Source of the DNA: Vibrio alginolyticus NBRC 15630 = ATCC 17749
GTDB lineage: Bacteria; Pseudomonadota; Gammaproteobacteria; Enterobacterales; Vibrionaceae
DNA length: 32,000 nucleotides
Assembly: GCF_000354175.2 (NCBI RefSeq)
Contig: NC_022349.1
Span: 2,670,001 to 2,702,000 of the forward strand
Direction of reading: 5' to 3'
Shown: in pieces, positions 1-6,981 of the stretch
Numbering within the stretch: the stretch's first letter is position 1
How the letters are laid out: every line of letters begins with the position of its first letter
Notes under the pieces: model-generated
What the model was told of the DNA's origin: nothing
Database searches by the model: none
Seen by the model: only the letters and a program-made list of their open reading frames with translations
Position numbers and translations under genes: made by a program

Positions 1-135
1 GGTTACCAAACTAACCTGCTGGTGTACAGCGTAGGAAATTACAAATTGACCGACTACGTGAGAATTGGAGTGCCAATTTCGATTGTGTACTCTGTATTAG
101 TACTTACTTTGATCCCGGTCTTTTTCCCGTTTTAA
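1..135 (+). CDS. 3' end of a membrane permease, probably an SLC13/DASS-type anion (sulfate-related) transporter; truncated by the window edge
   Basis: Frame 1 is open from base 1 to TAA at 133-135. The translated tail GYQTNLLVYSVGNYKLTDYVRIGVPISIVYSVLVLTLIPVFFPF ends in a hydrophobic TM helix. It sits directly upstream of cysC, as in the Vibrio cysDN-permease-cysC arrangement (context recalled, not checked). Confidence 0.5.
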   Translation, partial: GYQTNLLVYSVGNYKLTDYVRIGVPISIVYSVLVLTLIPVFFPF

Positions 136-159
136 TTCCGATATTTACAAGGATACGTT

Positions 160-777
160 ATGACTGCCGAAACGACGGTAAAAGATGAAAACATTGTTTG
201 GCACCAGCATTCGGTTGATAAACAGTTTCGTGCTGAATTAAAGAAGCAAAAACCTGCCGTATTGTGGTTCACTGGTTTATCTGGAGCGGGTAAATCAACC
301 GTAGCAGGGGCGTTGGAAAATCGCCTTGCAGCATTGGGTTACCACACCTATTTATTGGATGGTGACAATGTACGGCATGGTTTGTGTAGCGATTTAGGTT
401 TTTCTGAACAGGACCGTCGCGAGAACATTCGTCGCATTGGTGAACTGGCGAAGTTGATGGCAGATGCGGGTTTAATTGTTCTGTCGGCGTTTATTTCACC
501 GCATCGTGCAGAGCGGAAGTTAGTGCGCGATTTATTGCCAGAAGGCGAGTTTATTGAAGTGTATGTCAATGCATCTCTAGAGGTTTGCGAAGGTCGAGAT
601 CCTAAGGGTTTATACCGTAAAGCCCGTGCGGGAGAGATTCCTAATTTCACTGGTATTGATTCGGAATATCAAGCGCCAGAGTACCCTGAAATCGATTTGC
701 CCGCAGGAGAAAAGAGTGTCGAGGAGTTGGTGGATTTGTGCTTAATCGATCTTAAACAACGCGGTGTGATCCGATAA
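160..777 (+). CDS. cysC: adenylyl-sulfate (APS) kinase
   Basis: 205-aa ORF with an AAGGA SD about 6 nt before ATG160. It has the P-loop GLSGAGKST and full-length resemblance to enterobacterial CysC. Confidence 0.95.
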   Translation: MTAETTVKDENIVWHQHSVDKQFRAELKKQKPAVLWFTGLSGAGKSTVAGALENRLAALGYHTYLLDGDNVRHGLCSDLGFSEQDRRENIRRIGELAKLMADAGLIVLSAFISPHRAERKLVRDLLPEGEFIEVYVNASLEVCEGRDPKGLYRKARAGEIPNFTGIDSEYQAPEYPEIDLPAGEKSVEELVDLCLIDLKQRGVIR

Positions 778-820
778 AAAAGCATGTAGATCATAGGTGA
801 CCTAAAGCTCTTTGAGCGGC

Positions 821-861
821 TGGAGAAGTATTTGGATCATAGGTGGTCAAATGCTTCTCCA
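821..861. terminator. long stem-loop between convergent cysC and the DUF2806-like gene; no clear T-tract
   Basis: tggagaagtatttg (821-834) pairs with caaatgcttctcca (848-861): 14 bp with one mismatch and a 13-nt loop. It lies 44 nt after the cysC stop and 6 nt after the stop of the minus-strand gene. Confidence 0.45.
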
Positions 862-866
862 ACTGG

Positions 867-1772
867 CTAGACAGTATGATGAACCGTACTTTTAGCTTCA
901 CTATGGACACTAAATCTATGATTTAACAGTGCAAGCATTTGATCGTAGTATTCGGCATGTGGTTTGTTTCCGAGCAAGGTACAGAGCTCATTGCCTGTGG
1001 GTGTGAAGCGGTAATATAAAAGGCGGACACCTTTACTGTTTACGTTCAGCGACAAGTTTTTACCTTGGTAGGTGAGGACCAACGGTGTCTCGATACTAAT
1101 TTCGCCAGATTCAAGTTCGGCACTGTGAAGCAGCCCTAATTCAATTAAGAGCAACAAGCTTGAATACGGCAGTTGAAAACTTCCCATATTTAGGCTGTTG
1201 GCGACGTCTCGCTTGCCGAAGCTAAATATGCCTCCTTGCGCTTTGTAACCAATCAGCAGTTTTCTGCTGTGATCCCCTCCAAAACTGCACGCTAAAGAGG
1301 CGGCTCTTTGCAGAGTTTGTGCTTCCTTTGGTGACATATCTTTGAGGGTTTTCAACGCTTTCATGGATGTTGAACCCGGATTGGTCACTTCACGCTTCAT
1401 CACTTGAGCCCATAGCTTTTGCATCGCGCTGTTATGGATGTCTTGAGCCATCTCAAAAAATCGATGCAACCAATCTTGGTCTGGCTCTCCCGCTGTCTCA
1501 TCTCGGCATGAACTGTGCGCTAATTTTAAAATCTGTTCTAAGTTTTTTTGTCGCTGTTCTTGGCGTCTTTGCTCTCGCAATTGGGCTCTTTCAAACGCAG
1601 ATTTGGCTGGCGGTTCGGTTTGCAGTAAGGCGTCAAGACCGTGTATTTGGGCTATGGTTTTTACCTTACTAGCACTGTCTTTTATGTAGCCTTGTTTCTT
1701 TTCTTGTTGCGTATTTTTTTTTGTGTCTGACTGATGTTCGATGACAACAGGTTGCTTTGTCGGGTCTGCCAT
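867..1772 (-). CDS. hypothetical protein, DUF2806 / TIGR03899-like: charged low-complexity N-terminus plus a conserved C-terminal domain
   Basis: The long ORF in the track is 867..1805 with a GTG start. ATG at 1772 has AGGAAA 6 nt upstream, so I prefer it. The N-terminal ~110 aa are K/Q/E/R-rich (ERAQLREQRRQEQRQKNLEQILK). Next comes DWLHRFFEMAQDIHNSAMQKLWAQVMKREVTNPGSTSMKALKTLKDMSPKEAQ, which I recognise as the DUF2806-type signature (from memory). Confidence 0.75.
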   Translation of the reverse strand: MADPTKQPVVIEHQSDTKKNTQQEKKQGYIKDSASKVKTIAQIHGLDALLQTEPPAKSAFERAQLREQRRQEQRQKNLEQILKLAHSSCRDETAGEPDQDWLHRFFEMAQDIHNSAMQKLWAQVMKREVTNPGSTSMKALKTLKDMSPKEAQTLQRAASLACSFGGDHSRKLLIGYKAQGGIFSFGKRDVANSLNMGSFQLPYSSLLLLIELGLLHSAELESGEISIETPLVLTYQGKNLSLNVNSKGVRLLYYRFTPTGNELCTLLGNKPHAEYYDQMLALLNHRFSVHSEAKSTVHHTV

Positions 1773-1925
1773 TCGTTTTCCTACCAAGAACTGCGCGGTT
1801 CGCACGTTTAAATTTACACCTTATCTGACCAAGCGACCAGACAGGAGTTCTCAGTTTTTGAACGAATAGGGCTATTCAAAATGATAATGAGTTGTTAAAA
1901 TTGTTATCGTTATTTTGGAGGGGCT

Positions 1926-2030
1926 ATGAAGTTCTCAGAAGCAGGTAAACTCAAAAAGCACCTGTCGATAGCGTTTCTTTTGGTTATTTATGTGGGCGTA
2001 TTAGCGTATTTATCTCGTTATATCGTGTAG
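1926..2030 (+). CDS. candidate 34-aa small membrane protein; below the cutoff of the ORF track
   Basis: A GGAGGGG SD lies 2-4 nt before ATG1926. The ORF reads MKFSEAGKLKKHLSIAFLLVIYVGVLAYLSRYIV*: a basic N-terminus plus one hydrophobic helix. TAG is at 2028-2030 and a stem-loop follows 14 nt later. Confidence 0.4.
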   Translation: MKFSEAGKLKKHLSIAFLLVIYVGVLAYLSRYIV

Positions 2031-2043
2031 CACAAAGCTAAAA

Positions 2044-2064
2044 AAGGCGCCAGTGTGACGCCTT
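2044..2064 (-). terminator. Rho-independent terminator closing the zrg operon (minus strand)
   Basis: aaggcg (2044-2049) pairs with cgcctt (2059-2064) around a 9-nt loop. On the minus strand the stem is followed by TTTTTT (complement of the A-run at 2040-2045). It lies 31 nt after the zrgD stop. Confidence 0.65.
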
Positions 2065-2094
2065 AGGTGTAGCGAGGCTTATCGACGACTTAAA

Positions 2095-2589
2095 TTACAT
2101 ATCGTCGTAGGCTTCTATTTCTGATCCCTCAATAACGTAAGCCGTTTCTGCCAGTTCGTGGTTTATCGTCTCGGTTTTCAACGTTCCAACCACATATATG
2201 ACATCCCACAACTCTTGAACAGGCGCGCCTTTCGGAAACTTCACGTAAATGATCTGGTTTGGAGGCGGTGGTGGCACGTGAATACAAGCTCCAAAATATG
2301 GCACCAATAAAAATTCGGTGACGGTATCGGCATCACCTTCAAGTGGGATAACAAACCCCGGAATTTTAACTTGGCTTCCGTTCAGTTCTGGTCGAACGTT
2401 ACCAATCTTGGACTGCTGGGCTGCACCACCACTGTGATCAGATGCGGGCATGCCTATACTGTCGAACAATTTACGCTCTTTTTCTGGAACAAGGTCAATC
2501 CAGTCAAGCTTCAATGGTTCTTCGCTGGCCATAACAGGCGCTGTGAATGCGACGACCAGCAAGCAACTTGCGAGTATTTTTTTCCACAT
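2095..2589 (-). CDS. zrgD: DUF3299 domain periplasmic protein of the Zur-regulated cluster
   Basis: 164 aa with signal peptide MWKKILASCLLVVAFTAPVMA and the hallmark LVPYFGACIHVPPPPPNQ motif of DUF3299. The start is 4 nt downstream of the permease gene stop. Confidence 0.85.
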   Translation of the reverse strand: MWKKILASCLLVVAFTAPVMASEEPLKLDWIDLVPEKERKLFDSIGMPASDHSGGAAQQSKIGNVRPELNGSQVKIPGFVIPLEGDADTVTEFLLVPYFGACIHVPPPPPNQIIYVKFPKGAPVQELWDVIYVVGTLKTETINHELAETAYVIEGSEIEAYDDM

Positions 2590-2593
2590 TTTA

Positions 2594-3853
2594 TTAAATC
2601 CTTATTGTCATTCCGTCACTCAGTGACTGTCGGTAGGCGCGGAGTGCGGGAATGAAACCAATCACAATACCAGCGCATTGTACGAAACCTAATAGCATCC
2701 ACTCATAAGTAGATAAGATGCTTAAGGTGAGATGTATTCCATAGTGCTGTTGGATGATCGGCTGCGCGATAGCAAGAATGGCATACAGCCCAGTAACGCC
2801 AGTAATAATACCAGCAGCAGTAAGCAAGCTGGCTTCACTAATTAAGAGTGAGAAAACATGACGAGGCCTTGCTCCCATGGCACGCAAAATCGCCATTTCA
2901 CGGCGGCGTTCCTGTAGGCTAGTTAATAGACTGCTTAACATACCTAACAACCCTGCGATCACGACAAAACCAGATACTGCCATTAGGGCTTGCTCTGCAA
3001 CCGACATCATTCCCCATAACTCATGCAACGCAACGCCGGGCATAATGGCGCTGAGCGGCTCTTTGGGGTAGGTGTTAATTTGTCTTTGCAGGGCGAAAGT
3101 TTGAATACGAGATTTCAAACCAACGAGCATAGCGGTAATTTGTTTGGGCTGAAAGTCTCTGTTTTTGAGATCTTGTGCCTTGGGTGTCGGGCCCAAACGC
3201 GCACCACTTTCCCATCCGACGTGAATGGCTTCGATGGCTTCCAATGATACATGGACAGTTTTGTCGACTGGTGTTCCTGTAGGTGCAAGGATACCGACAA
3301 CTTTAAATGGCAGATTGTCATGACGGCTAAAGCCAACGTCGCTAATGCCGTGGGCAATGATGATTTCGCTACCGATATCATAACCAAGTTGTTTAGCGAC
3401 ATCAGAACCTAGCACGGTTTCAAATAAACCATGGAATTCTCTACCCTTGCTAAATGTTAGTGGTTGCTTACTTCCAAACTTGTAATGCTCAAAGTAACTG
3501 TGATTGGTTCCCATAACTCGGAAGCCTTTATGCGAGTCGCCAAGCGAGATTGGAATAGCCCAATCGACTGAACGATGATTGGCAAACTCTTGGTAGCTTT
3601 TCCAATCGATGTTGTTGGTCGCATTACCAATACGAAACACAGAATAGAGCAATAGGTTCACTTGCCCAGAGCGTCCACCAATAATGAGGTCAGTGCCTGA
3701 AATTGTATTGGCGAAGCTATCCTTGGCTTGAGTTCGGATACGCTCGACGCCCAAGAGGAGTACCACTGAAATCGCAACGGTCATGATGGTTAGAATTGCC
3801 GTCGCTTTGCGGTTCATCAAGCTTTTCCAGGCGAGCTTTACAACAGCACTCAT
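2594..3853 (-). CDS. zrgC: ABC transporter permease, FtsX/MacB type (4 TM with a large periplasmic domain)
   Basis: 419 aa. One N-terminal TM (AILTIMTVAISVVLLLGV), a ~230-aa soluble segment, then three C-terminal TMs, which is FtsX-like topology. An ATGA overlap joins it to the upstream ATPase gene at 3850-3853. Confidence 0.9.
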   Translation of the reverse strand: MSAVVKLAWKSLMNRKATAILTIMTVAISVVLLLGVERIRTQAKDSFANTISGTDLIIGGRSGQVNLLLYSVFRIGNATNNIDWKSYQEFANHRSVDWAIPISLGDSHKGFRVMGTNHSYFEHYKFGSKQPLTFSKGREFHGLFETVLGSDVAKQLGYDIGSEIIIAHGISDVGFSRHDNLPFKVVGILAPTGTPVDKTVHVSLEAIEAIHVGWESGARLGPTPKAQDLKNRDFQPKQITAMLVGLKSRIQTFALQRQINTYPKEPLSAIMPGVALHELWGMMSVAEQALMAVSGFVVIAGLLGMLSSLLTSLQERRREMAILRAMGARPRHVFSLLISEASLLTAAGIITGVTGLYAILAIAQPIIQQHYGIHLTLSILSTYEWMLLGFVQCAGIVIGFIPALRAYRQSLSDGMTIRI

Positions 3854-4578
3854 GATATGGCTCCTAGGCTAGATACTTGATTAATGTCGGGTAGATTGAG
3901 CGTGCGATCGAATAAGGGTTCGAGTGTTGGGTCGTGGCTAACGAATACCAGTGTGGCATTGGCTTGATTCGCTTGCTCCATAAGGAGCTCAATAAATGCT
4001 TTGCGATTGTCATAGTCTAAAGCTGAGGTTGGTTCGTCAGCGATCACTAACTCTGGATGTCCTATCAGAGCTCGAGCCGCAGCCACACGTTGTTGTTGAC
4101 CAATACTCAATTCAGAGACAGGGCGTGTATGAAGCTCGTTTGGCAGGTGCAGTCGTTCTAGTAGGGCCTGAGCCTGTTCATTTAACGTTTGAGATGAGGC
4201 ACCTAAATGGGCACGGTCACGTCGTATTTTACTGAACTGACATGGCAATAATACGTTTTCAAGTACGTTAAGGTACGGCAATAAATTGAACTGTTGAAAG
4301 ATGTAGCCAATATGATTGGCGCGAAAGCGGTCTCTCTGACTGGCACTTAAACTAGCAAGGTCAGTATCGAGTACAGATAGAGAGCCTGAAGTTAATGTGT
4401 TAATCCCCGTCAACAAAGCGAGCAAGGTCGATTTACCGCAGCCACTTGGACCTTTGATAAACACATGCTCGCCTTGTGTAATGTGTAATTTAGGGATGTG
4501 GATGGTTGCGTTGATTGAACCGGGCCAGAAAAATTGGGCATCCTCTAGCTCGACAACATTTGGTGTGGTTTCAGTCAT
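3850..4578 (-). CDS. zrgB: ABC transporter ATP-binding protein (LolD/MacB-like)
   Basis: 242 aa with Walker A GPSGCGKST, signature LSIGQQQR, Walker B VIADEPTSALD and an H-loop (VSHD). Confidence 0.93.
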   Translation of the reverse strand: MTETTPNVVELEDAQFFWPGSINATIHIPKLHITQGEHVFIKGPSGCGKSTLLALLTGINTLTSGSLSVLDTDLASLSASQRDRFRANHIGYIFQQFNLLPYLNVLENVLLPCQFSKIRRDRAHLGASSQTLNEQAQALLERLHLPNELHTRPVSELSIGQQQRVAAARALIGHPELVIADEPTSALDYDNRKAFIELLMEQANQANATLVFVSHDPTLEPLFDRTLNLPDINQVSSLGAIS

Positions 4579-4597
4579 ATTAAATCACCAAAGCTTT

Positions 4598-4623
4598 GGC
4601 GTGTAAGTAGGTACTTACACGCC
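4598..4623 (-). other. intercistronic stem-loop between zrgA and zrgB
   Basis: ggcgtgtaagta (4598-4609) pairs with tacttacacgcc (4612-4623): a near-perfect 12-bp inverted repeat. No T-tract follows on the minus strand. Confidence 0.5.
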
Positions 4624-4630
4624 ACTCGTG

Positions 4631-5284
4631 TTATTTGATTACGATTTGGGTGTTATCTTTGCTTAATTTAATTGCTGATTGCATGGTATCAGTGAATATA
4701 TTGACGCTGATGGACTCTGTAGTTGGGAACTGGTTAAACCAATCGGTTTGGATTTGGCTAAGCTGATTAACTTGTTCGCAACTGAAGCGATATTGCACCG
4801 AAAATTCACCGTGACCGCCATGATCGTGCGCCTCATCATGATCGTCATGGTGGTCATGTTTATCATGATGTTCATTATGATCATGGTGTTCGTGCCCTTC
4901 ATGATCGTGATGTGCATGGTCATCATGGTCGTGCTCACTATGATCATGTTCCTCATGAGTTTCGCTTAGGTTGTGGCTCACGTAAGCTTCTTCAACATTA
5001 CAATCAGCTTGTGAGTTAATAGCGAACAATGCGTTGCTGTCTTCGAGTGTAGCGACGGCTTGTTTAAGCGCTTGCTCTTGTTGCGCGTTTTCTGGAGCAT
5101 GTTCGAAACCCACAACATCAGCTCCAGGAGCTGTAATCTCTACTAACAGATCTTTGCCATCTTGGGCGATATTAAACTCGACGTGACCATGCACATGAGC
5201 ACCATGCTGGCGGTATTCGTTTGCATTCGCTGCTGTCGATAAAGTGAGGCCAATAGCAAGGGCTAAAACGTGTTTTGATGACAT
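4631..5284 (-). CDS. zrgA: DUF2796 periplasmic His-rich metal (zinc)-binding protein
   Basis: The track ORF starts at TTG5317. ATG5284 has an AGGAAAAA SD and yields a signal peptide MSSKHVLALAIGLTLSTAANA. The protein carries paired HxH motifs (GAHVHGHVEF) and a ~52-aa His/Asp/Glu tract (HEEHDHSEHDHDDHAHHDHEGHEHHDHNEHHDKHDHHDDHDEAHDHGGH). Confidence 0.85.
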   Translation of the reverse strand: MSSKHVLALAIGLTLSTAANANEYRQHGAHVHGHVEFNIAQDGKDLLVEITAPGADVVGFEHAPENAQQEQALKQAVATLEDSNALFAINSQADCNVEEAYVSHNLSETHEEHDHSEHDHDDHAHHDHEGHEHHDHNEHHDKHDHHDDHDEAHDHGGHGEFSVQYRFSCEQVNQLSQIQTDWFNQFPTTESISVNIFTDTMQSAIKLSKDNTQIVIK

Positions 5285-5417
5285 TGTATTTTTCCTAATT
5301 TTACTGGCATTAACCAAAGGCGGTATTGCTCAGATTCGAGTTTCACTAAGTTATTGTTCCTGACACACTAGGTGCGGAAATGAACTCAATAATTTTGAGT
5401 GTGGAATAGTTTGGAAA

Positions 5418-5717
5418 TTAAGCAAAATAAGGAGGGGCACGAGCAGCGCCAAGAACTTCTTCGCCGTACACGAGATGCAAAAAAACATGATGATGCTGGG
5501 CGCGCGTAAAAGTCGGTGTAGAGAGGGTAGGTTGTACCTTTGCTATACCGTGCTGAACACCAGAAAATAGTTGGCAATGATGATGGGTATGATGGTCGGG
5601 CGTCAGATCGACTTGATGAAGTACAACCGCAAAGTTCCAAGCGATCAGCAACGCAACACTGAAAAATAAAGCAGTGCGATACCAATATCTTAGTGTTTTT
5701 TGCTGGTGGTGGTACAT
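5418..5717 (-). CDS. small His-rich single-pass membrane protein (DUF2607-like); first gene behind the Zur box
   Basis: 99 aa. An AGGAG SD lies 5 nt before ATG5717. One TM (TALFFSVALLIAWNFAVVL) is followed by DHHTHHHC and AQHHH clusters. I count 13 His in 99 residues. The Zur palindrome lies 19 nt upstream. Confidence 0.7.
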   Translation of the reverse strand: MYHHQQKTLRYWYRTALFFSVALLIAWNFAVVLHQVDLTPDHHTHHHCQLFSGVQHGIAKVQPTLSTPTFTRAQHHHVFLHLVYGEEVLGAARAPPYFA

Positions 5718-5736
5718 CTGAGCTCCTCTTACCGAC

Positions 5737-5751
5737 TGTTATAATATAACA
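5737..5751. promoter_or_regulatory. Zur box (zinc uptake regulator operator)
   Basis: Perfect 7-1-7 inverted repeat TGTTATA-A-TATAACA, identical to the core of the gammaproteobacterial Zur consensus GAAATGTTATAWTATAACATTTC. It overlaps -10-like hexamers (TATATT / TATAAC on the minus strand) just upstream of the 99-aa ORF. Confidence 0.8.
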
Positions 5752-5943
5752 CCCATAATGAATAAAAGTTCACTCTTTTGTTGGCTAGCAGAAAAATTTA
5801 ACTCCACACATGCGTGCCGAAAAATATTGGTAATACTCTCTGTGGAAGTGTCGCACTTATAAAGAGCAGAGTTATCACTGCCCATGCTTCTAATCAAATT
5901 CATATAGCTCCTTACAACAAGAATAAGGAGCCATTCAATGAAG

Positions 5944-6495
5944 CTAGATGTTCTGTTTAATAAGCTCAATGACTTTTGTTATCTCATCTTGCTCAAGTGC
6001 GCCCTCTTTGACAAACAGAACTTTGCCCGTTTTGTCTTGAACAATAATGGCCGAGCTTTCTTCTTTCAGGTCCCAAGTATTAGCAACTACGCCATTTTCA
6101 TCAAGAACCATGGATGACCAAGGAAACTCTTTTTTGCTGTCTTGAGCTGAAGACTTCACGAAAGAGCCTGTCCCCCAAATTGCATCATCTTGGTTGATGA
6201 TAGTCGTCGTCTGGTAGCTTTCTTGTGGAAAATTTGCCGCTGTTATTGCCGACATTAAAGGGGCATTCATCTCTTTTGAACTGCTACGGCCTGCGATGGC
6301 TTGAATAACACGAACTTTGCCTTGCATATGTTGAGTTGCCCAGGGTTGGTATGCAACGCCTTCGCCTTGTAAAACAATCTCGCCGTAAGCGGCAACATTG
6401 ACAGGAGGAACGCTTTTACCCACTGACAAGTTGTGTGCAAAGGTCAAGCTTGGCGTTAAGGCCAGTAGTAGAGGTAGGAGAGTCTTAGTTTTCAT
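5944..6495 (-). CDS. ytfJ: YtfJ family periplasmic protein (thioredoxin-like fold family, function unknown)
   Basis: 183 aa with signal peptide MKTKTLLPLLLALTPSLTFA. Its length and sequence resemble E. coli YtfJ. It is adjacent and divergent to ytfK, as in E. coli. Confidence 0.8.
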   Translation of the reverse strand: MKTKTLLPLLLALTPSLTFAHNLSVGKSVPPVNVAAYGEIVLQGEGVAYQPWATQHMQGKVRVIQAIAGRSSSKEMNAPLMSAITAANFPQESYQTTTIINQDDAIWGTGSFVKSSAQDSKKEFPWSSMVLDENGVVANTWDLKEESSAIIVQDKTGKVLFVKEGALEQDEITKVIELIKQNI

Positions 6496-6710
6496 ATTGT
6501 TATATTCCGTACGAGGTTTGGAAGCTTCCAGTATATATCCAGATCTTAGAAATTTGTAGGACCGTTGATAACATTTATTTAACGTATGGAGTGGTGTAAT
6601 CTTGCGTTATATTTAGAATTTGCTAAAATGATTTCCGTCGCAAATTGCGCATTAAGATTGCAGAGGAAAAATAAGCAATCCGTGTTTTCTCAAAGGAATT
6701 GAGGTGAGTT

Positions 6711-6911
6711 ATGCTACGTGAGTTTGCTGTATATCGACCATTACAAGTGGCCCGTTTTGTTAAAACGTTGTTCAAAGGTCAGTTTTTTATTGTTGGGGTT
6801 GGCTGTTTTAAGTTCGACAATGGCAAAGTGTTACTACCTGACGTCAACGATCATAAAAGGCTCACCATCTTTAAAGAAGTCAACCAAGTGATAGCATCAT
6901 TATCGGCTTAG
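6711..6911 (+). CDS. ytfK: DUF1107 protein YtfK
   Basis: 66 aa with a GAGGTG SD. YRPLQVARFVKTLFKGQFFIVGVGCFKFDNGKVLLP aligns by eye with E. coli YtfK ([36 protein letters not shown]). Confidence 0.85.
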   Translation: MLREFAVYRPLQVARFVKTLFKGQFFIVGVGCFKFDNGKVLLPDVNDHKRLTIFKEVNQVIASLSA

Positions 6912-6940
6912 TTAGCTTGGTACCCACTTAGATTTAGAAA

Positions 6941-6963
6941 AGAGCGACCATATCGGTCGCTCT
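6941..6963. terminator. bidirectional terminator between ytfK and msrA
   Basis: agagcgacc (6941-6949) pairs with ggtcgctct (6955-6963). The stem is flanked by aaa on the left and ttttgtt on the right. Confidence 0.7.
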
Positions 6964-6981
6964 TTTTGTTGCTGGTTAGGT

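Noticed and set aside
1883-1901. Fur-box-like GATAATGAgttgttaaaat upstream of the 34-aa ORF
   Set aside because: Only the first 8 nt fit GATAATGATAATCATTATC, about 10 of 19 positions overall, and there is no dyad symmetry. It is mentioned only as context for the mini-ORF.
4663-4969. Two ~96-aa ORFs (4663..4956 minus, other frame; 4679..4969 plus) full of M/I/T/V/H runs
   Set aside because: They are frame-shifted and antisense readings of the CAT/GAT-repeat DNA that encodes the zrgA His tract. They have no SD and a low-complexity composition, so they are repeat artefacts.
5285-5417. Looked for a second Zur box or promoter directly upstream of zrgA
   Set aside because: There is no TGTTAT...ATAACA-type palindrome. 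Only a weak AT-rich hairpin (actcaa/ttgagt, ~5385-5401) is present. zrgA is therefore treated as co-transcribed from the 5737-5751 operator.
5386-5969. ORFs 5386..5685 (-) and 5739..5969 (-)
   Set aside because: The first is an alternative frame overlapping the SD-supported His-rich 99-aa ORF. The second spans the Zur box, the promoter and the ytfJ 3' hairpin, has no SD, and overlaps the ytfJ stop. Both are most likely spurious.
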